From Phycisphaerae bacterium (lineage in GTDB: Bacteria > Planctomycetota > Phycisphaerae > UBA1845 > Fen-1342), in contig JASFQK010000049.1 of the NCBI GenBank assembly GCA_050115495.1, positions 1 to 41,779 on the forward strand: a DNA stretch of 41,779 nucleotides, written 5' to 3'. Below the pieces are notes generated by a model. That model saw only the letters and a list, made by a program, of their open reading frames with translations, made no database searches and was not told the origin of the DNA. Positions 33,213 through 41,779 of the stretch are shown here, one piece after another. Each line of letters opens with the position of its first letter. Position 1 is the first letter of the stretch. A program made the position numbers and the translations under genes.

Positions 33213-35162
33213 ATGGAACACGATAGCCTGCTCAACATTTTGCGTGATCGCTTCGCCCGGGCCGTGGCCCAGGTGGCGGGTATGCCGCTCGCCGAGGTCG
33301 ACCCGATGGTGCGGCCGGCGCAGGATCCGCGCTTCGGCGATTACCAGTGCAACGTGGCGATGTCGCTGGCCAAGCCGCTGAAGGCGAAGCCGCGCGACGT
33401 CGCCGAACGGATCAAGGCGGCGGTCGAGCCGGCGCTGGCCGGTATGGCCGAGCCGCTGGAAATCGCCGGCCCGGGCTTCATCAACGTGCGGCTGCGGGAT
33501 GAATGCCTGGCCTGCTGCCTGGAGGGGATTCCCGCACCGGGCGACGCCGTCGACCGGTTCGGCCTGCCGCCGGTGGAGCAGCCGCGGCGCGTGGTCGTCG
33601 AATACTCGCAGCCGAATATCGCCAAGCAGATGCACGTGGGGCACCTGCGCAGCACGATCATCGGCGACGTGTTCGCCCGCGTGCTGGCGTTCGAGGGGCA
33701 CGAGGTCGTTCGGCAGAATCATATCGGCGACTGGGGCACGCAGTTCGGCATGCTCATCCGCTGGTACCGCGAGCATCCGCTGCCGACGCCGGCAACACAC
33801 GCCGACGTGCTCGAAGCGATCGAAGGTGACTACAAGGCGGCCAACGAGCGGTTCAAGAGCGACGAGCAGTTCGCGAGCGAGGCGCGGCTGGCGGTCACTG
33901 AGCTTCAGTCCGGTGACGCCGAGGCGCGACGGGTTTGGGAGGCGATCTGCGCCCAGAGCCGGGCGGCGTTCACCGAGATCTACGAGCGGCTGAACGTGCT
34001 TCTGGCACCCGAGGACGTCTGCGGCGAGAGCTTCTATAACGATCGGTTGCCGGGGATTATTCGGGAGCTGCGCGAGAAACTGGCGGGGCCCGGCGGTGCG
34101 GAAGACACTGCTCAAGAGCAGTGGCACACAGAGCGCGACACTGCGCAGGGGCACACCGGCGGTGCTCGCGCGGTGGTGCGCGATCATGAGGGGGCGGTTG
34201 TCGTTTACCTGTACGACGAGAAGGGGCAGCCGCAGTTCAAGAACGCCGAGGGCGAGATCCTCGGCATGATCGTGCGGAAGTCGGACGGGGCGTTCCTGTA
34301 CGCGACGACCGACCTGGCGGCGATTCGTTATCGACTGAAAGAGCTGAAGTTCTCGTCCGGCGTCGGCGCGGAGCGGATCGTCTACGTCACCGATGCCCGG
34401 CAGAAGCTGCACTTCGAGATGTTCTTCGCGACGGCGCGGGCCATGGGCTGGATGACCGATCAGCAGGTCGAGCACGTCACGTTCGGCAGCGTGCTGGGCG
34501 GGGATCGCCGGCCGCTGAAGACGCGCACGGGCGGGACGGTGAAGTTGCGCGAGCTGCTCGACGAGGCGGAGAAACGCGCGTACGAGCTGCTCGAAGCCCG
34601 CGACGCCGAAGCGGTCAACCAGGGCGACGACGACACGGCGGCGACACGTTTCAGCGCCGACGAACGCCGCGAGATCGCCCAGTGCGTGGGCATCGCCGCG
34701 GTGAAATACGCCGATCTGCGGCAGGATCGGACAAGCGACTACGTGTTCGACTGGGACAAGATGCTGGCGCTGCAGGGTAACACCGCCCCGTACATGATGT
34801 ACGCCTACGCCCGCATCCGCTCGATCTATCGCAAGGCGGCCGAGCGCTTCGGCTCGCCGGACGTGTACGCTGCCGGCGTCGGCCTGCACATCTCGGAGCC
34901 GACGGAGCGAGCCCTGGCCCTGCGGCTGGCCCGGCTGCGCGAGACGATCGACGCCGTGGCCGCGGATCTCGCCCCGCACGTGCTGTGTGCGTATCTCTAC
35001 GATTTGGCCGGTGATTTCATGCGGTTCTACGAAGCCTGCCCCGTGCTGCAGGCGCCGGACGAGGCGGTGCGGCTCGGTCGCATGCGCCTGTGCGACCTGA
35101 CGGCGCGGGCTCTGCGCCTCGGGCTCGGCCTGCTGGGCATCGAGACCATCGAACGCATGTAG
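33213..35162 (+). CDS. argS: Arginine--tRNA ligase
   Basis: FGDYQCN, AGPGFIN, YSQPNIAKQMHVGHLRSTIIGD, NHIGDWGTQFGML, KSDG..LYATTDLA, GNTAPYMMYAYARIRSI. Confidence 0.98.
   Translation: MEHDSLLNILRDRFARAVAQVAGMPLAEVDPMVRPAQDPRFGDYQCNVAMSLAKPLKAKPRDVAERIKAAVEPALAGMAEPLEIAGPGFINVRLRDECLACCLEGIPAPGDAVDRFGLPPVEQPRRVVVEYSQPNIAKQMHVGHLRSTIIGDVFARVLAFEGHEVVRQNHIGDWGTQFGMLIRWYREHPLPTPATHADVLEAIEGDYKAANERFKSDEQFASEARLAVTELQSGDAEARRVWEAICAQSRAAFTEIYERLNVLLAPEDVCGESFYNDRLPGIIRELREKLAGPGGAEDTAQEQWHTERDTAQGHTGGARAVVRDHEGAVVVYLYDEKGQPQFKNAEGEILGMIVRKSDGAFLYATTDLAAIRYRLKELKFSSGVGAERIVYVTDARQKLHFEMFFATARAMGWMTDQQVEHVTFGSVLGGDRRPLKTRTGGTVKLRELLDEAEKRAYELLEARDAEAVNQGDDDTAATRFSADERREIAQCVGIAAVKYADLRQDRTSDYVFDWDKMLALQGNTAPYMMYAYARIRSIYRKAAERFGSPDVYAAGVGLHISEPTERALALRLARLRETIDAVAADLAPHVLCAYLYDLAGDFMRFYEACPVLQAPDEAVRLGRMRLCDLTARALRLGLGLLGIETIERM
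34106..34156. repeat. Family-B palindrome plus degenerate partner, in-frame inside argS
   Basis: CACTGCTCAAGAGCAGTGGCACAC (same as 441-464), then CACTGCGCAGGGGCACAC at 34139-34156; translated within ...EDTAQEQWHTERDTAQGHTGG... Confidence 0.75.
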
Positions 35163-35186
35163 CCGTGGCGGCCGTAACCGGGGGGA

Positions 35187-38100
35187 TCACTGATCGCGGA
35201 ACTCGCCGCGCGTGGCGCCGGTCTTCACCGTGCCATCCTGAAGGTTGATGATGAACTCGGCGCCGACGATGGCCCGCGAGTCGGCCGCCTCGCGGCTGCT
35301 CTCGTAGATGCGGGCGTCGACACGCGGTCCGCCGAGCACGCGGATGAGCCGCAACGTGCGGTCGAAGTCGAGCTGGGCCGCCCACACTTCGCGGATGATG
35401 TCGTTGTGCAGGTCGCGCAGGTAGGCGTGCCCCGACGCCAGCAGCCAGGTCAGCCGCATGGACGTGGCCCGGCCGAGCTCGTCCCCGCCGCCGACGAGAA
35501 TGCCGCACTCCAGCCGGTCGCATTGCAGCGACGTGTTACGGCTCTCGTAGTTGCTGATGAGCTCGGGGTTGGTCCGCACCTGCGGCAGCATCTGCTCGAG
35601 GTCGACCATCTCACGCCCGGTGCGATGGATGAAGAGCACGTCACCCTCGAACAGCACCGAGTCGCGGCGAGGTGTGCCGTCGAGCGTCTCCTCGCCGAGG
35701 ACGTACGTCAAGCTCCGCTCGCACTGCATCGCCGTCTGGCTCGGACCGCGGGCGATCAGGCCGGACGGAATACCCAGCGTCTCCGGCGGGGCGCCGTCGT
35801 CCTCGAGCCGGCGGCTGAGGAAGCCGAGCTTCGTCTGACCCTGCGTGAGAATCTCGCGATGGACGATGTCCACTTCGAGCCGCGGGGCGCGAATGCTGAA
35901 GTGCACCAGCGGCGGCTCGCCGTCGGGGGCAGGCGTTTCGCTGAGCACGGTGGCGTTGTCGGCGATCAACCGCAGGGGCTCCTTGCGGATCCGCTCGCGC
36001 GGCTCGGCCTGGAACGAGAGCCAGTCGCCCTGCTGCGTCGTCTGGGCTCCCTCGCTGAGCAGTGTGCGGGCGTGCCGCAACAGGTCGGTCAGGCTCGGTG
36101 TCGGCGGGGCTTGATCCTCCGGCGCCGTCATGTCCTGGAGGAGCAGCGTGAGCGTGTCGGCGAGCAACTGCTCGTCGCCGCTGACCGCTTTCACGTCGCC
36201 GGCGAAGTGGATCGTGTTCCGCCGGCCGTCGATGTGCAACGTCCGCGAGCAGGTGATGTCCACGGGCACCGGCTGCTCGCGACGCTGGCCGCGCAGGCCG
36301 CGCCGCGTCTTGAACCGCAGCCGGGCGGCCCCGTCCACGTCGAGCGTCTGCGCTTCCCAGGCCAGATCGATGCGTTTGCCGGCGACGGCGTACGGGGCAG
36401 CGTACACCACACCCGGCCGATCCGCCGTGCCGTGCACGCTGGCCTCGCTGAGCTGGTTACCCTCGGTGAACGTGGCGGTGATGAGGGCGGCGCGGGCGGC
36501 GACGCGGTTCGGCGGATCGCGCAGCTCAGCCTGCCCCTCGATCTGCAAGCCGGCCAGAACGAACTCCGGGCCGCCGGGACGTTGCGTCGGCGGGGCCGGG
36601 GCGAGGTCGGCGTGCACGTGGTCGCCCGCCACCCACGAGCGTCCGCGGGCGATGAGCACCGAGCCGTGGGCGTCCATCGTGCGCGGATAGAGCTGCCCCT
36701 GGTCCGTCTGCGCGAACGTCAGGTCGAGCCGGGCGCATTCGAGCGCTTCGTCCTCGCGTGACAGGCGGACGTTGCCAGTCGCGATCGCGGTTTCGAGCGC
36801 GGTCTCGGGCGCCGCCTGGTCGTCGGTCTGGCGGAACGTGGCCTCGATGCGGTCGGCGGCGAGCGTCTGCCCGCCGAGACCGACCTGGGCCTCGCCGACG
36901 AACGTCGCCGATTCGAGCTGCCCGGCGCGGAGCAGATCCTCCGTCTGGCCGGCGGGAGCGGCCCGCCCCGCCGACAGGTGCAGCTCGGCCCAGAGCGAGC
37001 AACGGATGGCGTGGCCGGGTTTGCCGGGGGTGCCGCTGCGCGAATCGAGCCGCACGTCGCCGATGAGCTTGACCAAGTGGGTGGCCTGATTGATGTACAC
37101 CGACTCGGCGCTGGCGCTGAGCGAGTCGCCCATGTCGAAGTCGACGTGGCCGCTGTCGCCGGCGTGGAGCCAGATCTGCTGCGTGTCGTCGTGGAATTCG
37201 AGCCGCCCGCAGCGCACGCGCCCGTCAGCGTGGGCCAGCACGACCGGGTTGCCGATAGCCTCGAACCGCCGGCGGGACTGCTCGGCGGCGCCGCCGACCT
37301 CAGGTTCCAGAGTTAGCGGACCTTGCCAGCGGACGACCACCTGTTGTGGCGGGCCGACCGGCCGGCTGGCGGCGGGAGCCGTCGGCGTCGGCGTCGTTCG
37401 CTGCATGAACCGGTCGGCGGTGCCGCTCACGTCGAACAGCAAGTGCACTTCGTCCGCGACGAGCTGACCCACGACGTCTTCGCCAGCAAGCTGCTCCACC
37501 GAAACGGCTTCGCTCAGCCGGCAGGCGTACGTCTGACCCGGCCGGCGCGGCTCCGCCGGTTCCGGCGGCGGGGCGGCGGGCTCTTCGGGCGCCTCGGCCT
37601 CAGCGGTGTCCTCGCGAAACAGACCGGCCCGACCCTTCAGCACCAGGCTCTCACCCTGGCGCAGGACCAGCGACTCGATGACGTTGTCCGCTTGGTTCCA
37701 CACGACGTCGAGACCGGTTCCGGACAGCTCGAACTCGTCACCGACCACGCGCAGCGGACCAGCGGTATGCACCTCGCCGAGCTCGAGGTCGAATTGCATT
37801 TCGTCGAGTGTGACGGTGACGAGGTTGGGCGTCGGTTCGGCCCCGTCGGCGGCGGGCCGCGGGCCGCGGTCGAGGACGATCTGCACGCCGCCGCGCAGGA
37901 CACCGCGCTTCGGCCGACCCTGGGCCTTTTCCAGGCGATCGACGGCGAGCTCACCCTCGGCCGCCGTGATGTCGACGCTCATGCTGCTCGACAGGAGCAT
38001 GGTGAGCCGCGGCCGCACGACGCGAATCTCGTTGCGGTCGTTGCCGAGAGGGATCCACTCTTCGCAGTGGAAGTGCTGCGTGGCTCGACCGGTGCGTTCG

Positions 38101-38324
38101 TCGTAGATGGTGAACTCGGCCCCCTGTCCGGGTGCGATCTCGCCGACGTTGGCGATGCGCAGCGGGGCGCCGCCCTCGCCCGCCTCGCCGACGGGGAGCG
38201 TCTCCGCCGTCCCGGCCTCATCCTGATCGCGAATAACGGGGTCGTCGACCAGGAGCCAGTAGCTGACAAACAGGAGGCTCAGCACGGCCAACGTGGAGAT
38301 CAACAGTACGATGTTGCGGACCAT
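35187..38324 (-). CDS. Large membrane-anchored periplasmic protein, probably LptC/LptA (OstA beta-jellyroll) repeat type
   Basis: N-terminal TM; recurring units such as A.GNV.L, L.AD.I, F.GDV, VKLIGDV; begins 15 bp after kdsC, the usual position of lptC/lptA. Confidence 0.65.
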   Translation of the reverse strand: MVRNIVLLISTLAVLSLLFVSYWLLVDDPVIRDQDEAGTAETLPVGEAGEGGAPLRIANVGEIAPGQGAEFTIYDERTGRATQHFHCEEWIPLGNDRNEIRVVRPRLTMLLSSSMSVDITAAEGELAVDRLEKAQGRPKRGVLRGGVQIVLDRGPRPAADGAEPTPNLVTVTLDEMQFDLELGEVHTAGPLRVVGDEFELSGTGLDVVWNQADNVIESLVLRQGESLVLKGRAGLFREDTAEAEAPEEPAAPPPEPAEPRRPGQTYACRLSEAVSVEQLAGEDVVGQLVADEVHLLFDVSGTADRFMQRTTPTPTAPAASRPVGPPQQVVVRWQGPLTLEPEVGGAAEQSRRRFEAIGNPVVLAHADGRVRCGRLEFHDDTQQIWLHAGDSGHVDFDMGDSLSASAESVYINQATHLVKLIGDVRLDSRSGTPGKPGHAIRCSLWAELHLSAGRAAPAGQTEDLLRAGQLESATFVGEAQVGLGGQTLAADRIEATFRQTDDQAAPETALETAIATGNVRLSREDEALECARLDLTFAQTDQGQLYPRTMDAHGSVLIARGRSWVAGDHVHADLAPAPPTQRPGGPEFVLAGLQIEGQAELRDPPNRVAARAALITATFTEGNQLSEASVHGTADRPGVVYAAPYAVAGKRIDLAWEAQTLDVDGAARLRFKTRRGLRGQRREQPVPVDITCSRTLHIDGRRNTIHFAGDVKAVSGDEQLLADTLTLLLQDMTAPEDQAPPTPSLTDLLRHARTLLSEGAQTTQQGDWLSFQAEPRERIRKEPLRLIADNATVLSETPAPDGEPPLVHFSIRAPRLEVDIVHREILTQGQTKLGFLSRRLEDDGAPPETLGIPSGLIARGPSQTAMQCERSLTYVLGEETLDGTPRRDSVLFEGDVLFIHRTGREMVDLEQMLPQVRTNPELISNYESRNTSLQCDRLECGILVGGGDELGRATSMRLTWLLASGHAYLRDLHNDIIREVWAAQLDFDRTLRLIRVLGGPRVDARIYESSREAADSRAIVGAEFIINLQDGTVKTGATRGEFRDQ

Positions 38325-38339
38325 GCGTGCAGATTTCCT

Positions 38340-38867
38340 CTAGCCGGGTTGGCCGCCGCCGGCCGGCGGGGCGTAGCGCTGATGCACCTGTTGCCAGCGC
38401 CCGTCGGCGCGGAGCAGGTGCTCGATAACCTCGCGGACGGCACCCTCTCCGCCGCGACGCTGCGTGATGAACTCGGCCGCAGCCTTGACCTCTTCAGCGG
38501 CGTTGGCGACAGCGATGGGCAGACCGCAGTGGTGCAACGCGGGCAGATCGGGAAGATCGTCCCCGACCACGGCGATCTGCTCGAGCCGCAGATCGAGGCG
38601 GGCGGCGAGGCTCTCCAGGTCGGCCCGCTTGTCCCGGCTGCCCTGGATCACGTGCGTGATGCCCAGTTCTTCGGCCCGGGCGGCGACGGCCGGCGAGTCC
38701 TTGCCGGAGAGGATAGCCACGACCCCGCCCAACTCCTGGAACATGCGAATGGCGAAGCCGTCGTGCACGTGAAAGGCGCGGGCCGACCGGCCGTCCGCAT
38801 CCATGTAGATGCGGCCGTCCGTCAGCACGCCGTCCACGTCCAGACAAAGACACCGTATGTCGTTCAT
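38340..38867 (-). CDS. kdsC: KDO 8-phosphate phosphatase (HAD family)
   Basis: LDVDGVLTDG, FHVHDG, LSGK.S, VGDDLPDL, GGEGAVREVIE. Confidence 0.92.
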   Translation of the reverse strand: MNDIRCLCLDVDGVLTDGRIYMDADGRSARAFHVHDGFAIRMFQELGGVVAILSGKDSPAVAARAEELGITHVIQGSRDKRADLESLAARLDLRLEQIAVVGDDLPDLPALHHCGLPIAVANAAEEVKAAAEFITQRRGGEGAVREVIEHLLRADGRWQQVHQRYAPPAGGGQPG

Positions 38868-38991
38868 TCGCCGGCTCGGCACGCGGTTTCGCTCAACGGC
38901 GGTGGCACCCAACCACCCGATTGTCGGCTAGTATCATAGCGAACGCCGTCCGGTGTGTCGTCCGGACGGCCGGAGCCGGCCGGAGGCCACG

Positions 38992-39867
38992 ATGGACCAG
39001 ACGCAACCTTCCGCGACGCAGCGCCACGACCTCGGCGGCTGCACGCTCACCCTTCTCAATGGCGGCCGCCTGAAACTGGACGGCGGGGCGATGTTCGGCA
39101 TCATCCCCAAGCCGCTCTGGACGCGAAGCACGCCCGCCGATGAGCGAAACCGCATCGAGCTCGCCTGCAACTGCCTGCTGGTCGAGTGGCCGGGTCCGGC
39201 CGGCCGCCGGGTCATTATCGAGACCGGCCACGGCCCGAAGTACGCGGAGAAGGAGCAGGGCTTCTTCGACGTCGATCCGGCGATGTGGCTGGCACCGACC
39301 CTGGCCGCCGCGGGCGTGGACCCCGCGACCATCACCGACGTCGTGGTCTCCCACCTGCACTTTGACCACGCCGGCGGGCTGAGCCGGGATGATGACGGGC
39401 GGCTGCGGCCGACGTTCCCGAACGCCCGCGTGCACGTGCAGCGGCAGGAGTACGACGACGCCGTCGCCGGCTACGGCATCATGACCGCGACCTACCGGCG
39501 GGAGAACCTCACCCCACTCGATGAGGCCGACCGCTGGCACCTGCTGGACGGGGCGGAAGAGATCGTGCCGGGCGTGCGGGCTTGGCCGACGCCGGGACAC
39601 ACGCGCGGGCACCAGTCCATCGTGATCGAGGGGCGCGAGCGCAGCGCGGTGTTCACGGGCGACCTGATGCCGACGGCCGCCCACTTGGGTCCGCCGTACA
39701 ACATGGGCTATGACCTGCTGCCGGTGCAGAACCGCGAGTCAAAGCGGGATGTGCTGCGCTGGGCCGCCGAGCGCGAAGCGCTGGTGGTCATCGACCACGA
39801 ACCGGCGCACCCGGTCGTGCGCGTGGCAACAGAAAAGGACTGGTTCCGACTGGAGCCGGCGACGTAG
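38992..39867 (+). CDS. MBL-fold metallo-hydrolase (YtnP-like)
   Basis: LDGGAMFGIIPKPLW, SHLHFDHAGG, TPGHTRGHQ, GDL, MGYDL; GGAGG RBS. Confidence 0.9.
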   Translation: MDQTQPSATQRHDLGGCTLTLLNGGRLKLDGGAMFGIIPKPLWTRSTPADERNRIELACNCLLVEWPGPAGRRVIIETGHGPKYAEKEQGFFDVDPAMWLAPTLAAAGVDPATITDVVVSHLHFDHAGGLSRDDDGRLRPTFPNARVHVQRQEYDDAVAGYGIMTATYRRENLTPLDEADRWHLLDGAEEIVPGVRAWPTPGHTRGHQSIVIEGRERSAVFTGDLMPTAAHLGPPYNMGYDLLPVQNRESKRDVLRWAAEREALVVIDHEPAHPVVRVATEKDWFRLEPAT

Positions 39868-40263
39868 CGGCGAGCTTGTGGAATAGTCCCGGGTGGGTCG
39901 GGCGTCTGAGCTTGTGAAACAATCTTCTACCCCGGGTGGCCCAGAGCTGAAGGTTGTTTCGCATGCCCAATGACCTGGGGCCCGCACACGTCGGCTCGCC
40001 CGCGAAACGACCATACACAAGATGAAAACACCTTTCTCATTTCATACGGAACAAAGCAGCACGCCGCAATGCGTTCACGTACAACACTGTCATGAAGGCA
40101 CTTGCAGCGCATCTCATCACAGGAGAGCGAATCGCGGGAGCGTTTGCGAGCGTACCGGCGAGTTGCCCGCCCCCTTGCCCTGCCCTTGCCTGCCGGCTAC
40201 TATGGCTTACATCTGCGAGCTGAAGGGGAGACTTCACGCAGAGGGGCTCAAAGGAGGGCCACC

Positions 40264-41013
40264 ATGTATGACGATCGGGCTAGTGGGTGCTATTTGACGC
40301 GCGCGAGTCTCTCGGCGGTGCTGTTGCTGCTGCTCGCCACAGCGGTCGCAGCGCGGGCCGACCCATTCTACCTGCGCTACGACGCGGATGAGGTCTATCC
40401 CGAGGATGCGGGCTGGGAGCGGCACGGCATTGATCCCCATGGCCTGGTCGTACGCACGCTGGGTTCAGGGATCCTGACGATCGACTCGCGGGCGTCGCTC
40501 GCTTTGACGGACTGGTACCTGCGCGAAATCCCGGAACTTGAGATCCAGGACGGAGAACAACTGCGCGTCACTTGGCGAATGCGCACGTTCGAAACACAAA
40601 CAGAGTGGTTTCAAAGTGACGTAGTCCTGGCAGTGTCAAATGCCGAATCGGAGTACGTTGAGTTCTTCCTCGGACCGGACTTCATTGCCGTCAATGAGGA
40701 CGGCTTGGTCGGGCCCGAGCAATTGTACCTGTATTCGGCAGAAACGTGGCACACGTTTCAGATGATCAGCGATGATGCGCAGGCGTACACCTTGCTCGTG
40801 GACGGCGAGTATGCGTTCGACGGGACGTTCACCAGACATCTGTCGGCAGGACCAAACTTGGCCGCGTTCGGCGACGCGATCTACGGGCGCTCGTCGCTAT
40901 CTTCGTGGGACTATATCGAGTTTGAGGTAGTACCAGAGCCGACTTCAGCGCTGCTCGTTGCGGCGGCCGGTGCCGTGAGTTGTGCGATGAACCGAAGAGA
41001 AAGGAGAACGTGA
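40264..41013 (+). CDS. PEP-CTERM surface protein
   Basis: AAAGGAGG RBS before ATG at 40264; signal peptide (..VAARA); lectin-like beta domain (WHTFQM..YTLLVDG); C-terminal VPEPTSALLVAAAGAVSCAMNRRERRT. Confidence 0.85.
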   Translation: MYDDRASGCYLTRASLSAVLLLLLATAVAARADPFYLRYDADEVYPEDAGWERHGIDPHGLVVRTLGSGILTIDSRASLALTDWYLREIPELEIQDGEQLRVTWRMRTFETQTEWFQSDVVLAVSNAESEYVEFFLGPDFIAVNEDGLVGPEQLYLYSAETWHTFQMISDDAQAYTLLVDGEYAFDGTFTRHLSAGPNLAAFGDAIYGRSSLSSWDYIEFEVVPEPTSALLVAAAGAVSCAMNRRERRT

Positions 41014-41014
41014 A

Positions 41015-41779
41015 ATGGCAAGAGCACGCATTATCGCTATCCTGGTGTGTATGACTTGTAGCGCCGTCGCGGCCCAGTCAGCGAATTGGGTCATCGAACA
41101 ATACTCGGGCGGGTTCTGCTACATCGAGGGTTCATATGATCCGCTGACCGCGCCTACTCACTACCAATTGGATCACGTGACCGGCGACCTCACCCTGAAG
41201 GTCGACGGCAACTGGACCGTGATCTACCGAAGCGAAGAATCTGGCGGGGACCCGGTCGACATTCCGTTTATCCAGGGCAGCGTCACAACCAACCAGCCGT
41301 TCACGCTGCACCTGACGGGCGACGACCTGACCGAGTGGCTTTACCTGGACACGGTCTCGGGCACCGGGGCAAGGGTACTACAACTCAATCTGTCAGGCTC
41401 CATAGCCATGGACGGCTGGGTCATGGCGCCTGACTTCACGCTCACCAACAGCGTCGTCAGCGGCGATGCCGGCGGAGAGCGTCCTCACTCATCCATCACC
41501 GTGGCTACGGTCGCGAACGACGCGACCACCGGCGTCGGTCTGAACATCGGTGGCAGCATCACGAAAAGCGTCTACGTCAAGCAGGACTTGATCGGCACCA
41601 TCAATGTGGGTCAGAACTTGTCCGGCTTGCTCGACATCGACGGCGACGTGCTGTCCGGGTCGGCCATCAACGTAACGGGCGCGCTGAGTGGCGACGTCAG
41701 CATCGGCGGCGACCTGGCCGGCACGCTCAGCGCCGGGAGTTGGGTCGCCGGCTCCTTGACCAATGACATCTTCATCAGC
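41015..41779 (+). CDS. Secreted protein with G/S/T/V/I/D-rich beta-helix-like repeats (partial, runs off the window)
   Basis: AAGGAG RBS; MARARIIAILVCMTCSAVAAQS signal peptide; frame open to the end, with ~11-aa units (NIGGSITKSVY, NVGQNLSGLLD, NVTGALSGDVS, SIGGDLAGTLS); absent from the ORF track because it has no stop. Confidence 0.8.
   Translation, partial: MARARIIAILVCMTCSAVAAQSANWVIEQYSGGFCYIEGSYDPLTAPTHYQLDHVTGDLTLKVDGNWTVIYRSEESGGDPVDIPFIQGSVTTNQPFTLHLTGDDLTEWLYLDTVSGTGARVLQLNLSGSIAMDGWVMAPDFTLTNSVVSGDAGGERPHSSITVATVANDATTGVGLNIGGSITKSVYVKQDLIGTINVGQNLSGLLDIDGDVLSGSAINVTGALSGDVSIGGDLAGTLSAGSWVAGSLTNDIFIS

Overview
High-GC bacterial chromosomal segment. Its gene content suggests Planctomycetota, probably Phycisphaerae (inference: many PEP-CTERM genes, a C-terminal dockerin-like anchor, an FHA-GAF histidine kinase). 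The backbone is housekeeping: ald, an efflux adaptor plus ABC ATPase, rpsO-pnp, a cold-shock protein, sat-nrnA, pyrR-pyrB, smc, tadA, mutY, murD, argS and kdsC. Three small islands of PEP-CTERM surface-protein genes (six genes) interrupt it. The most notable observations are: (i) a 1.26-kb integrase-less cassette carrying one PEP-CTERM gene, bounded by two diverged copies of the last 93 bp of pyrB and sitting in a cluster of GTAG-type REP hairpins; (ii) a 68-aa (AKKKV)11 histone-H1-like gene directly behind smc; (iii) an intergenic palindromic repeat also found in-frame inside argS; (iv) an uncharacterised 412-aa HTH-like protein divergent from a four-gene PEP-CTERM array; (v) a 1045-aa LptC/LptA-like protein behind kdsC; (vi) a candidate structured rpsO leader RNA. 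No tRNA, rRNA, CRISPR array, transposase or integrase was recognised.
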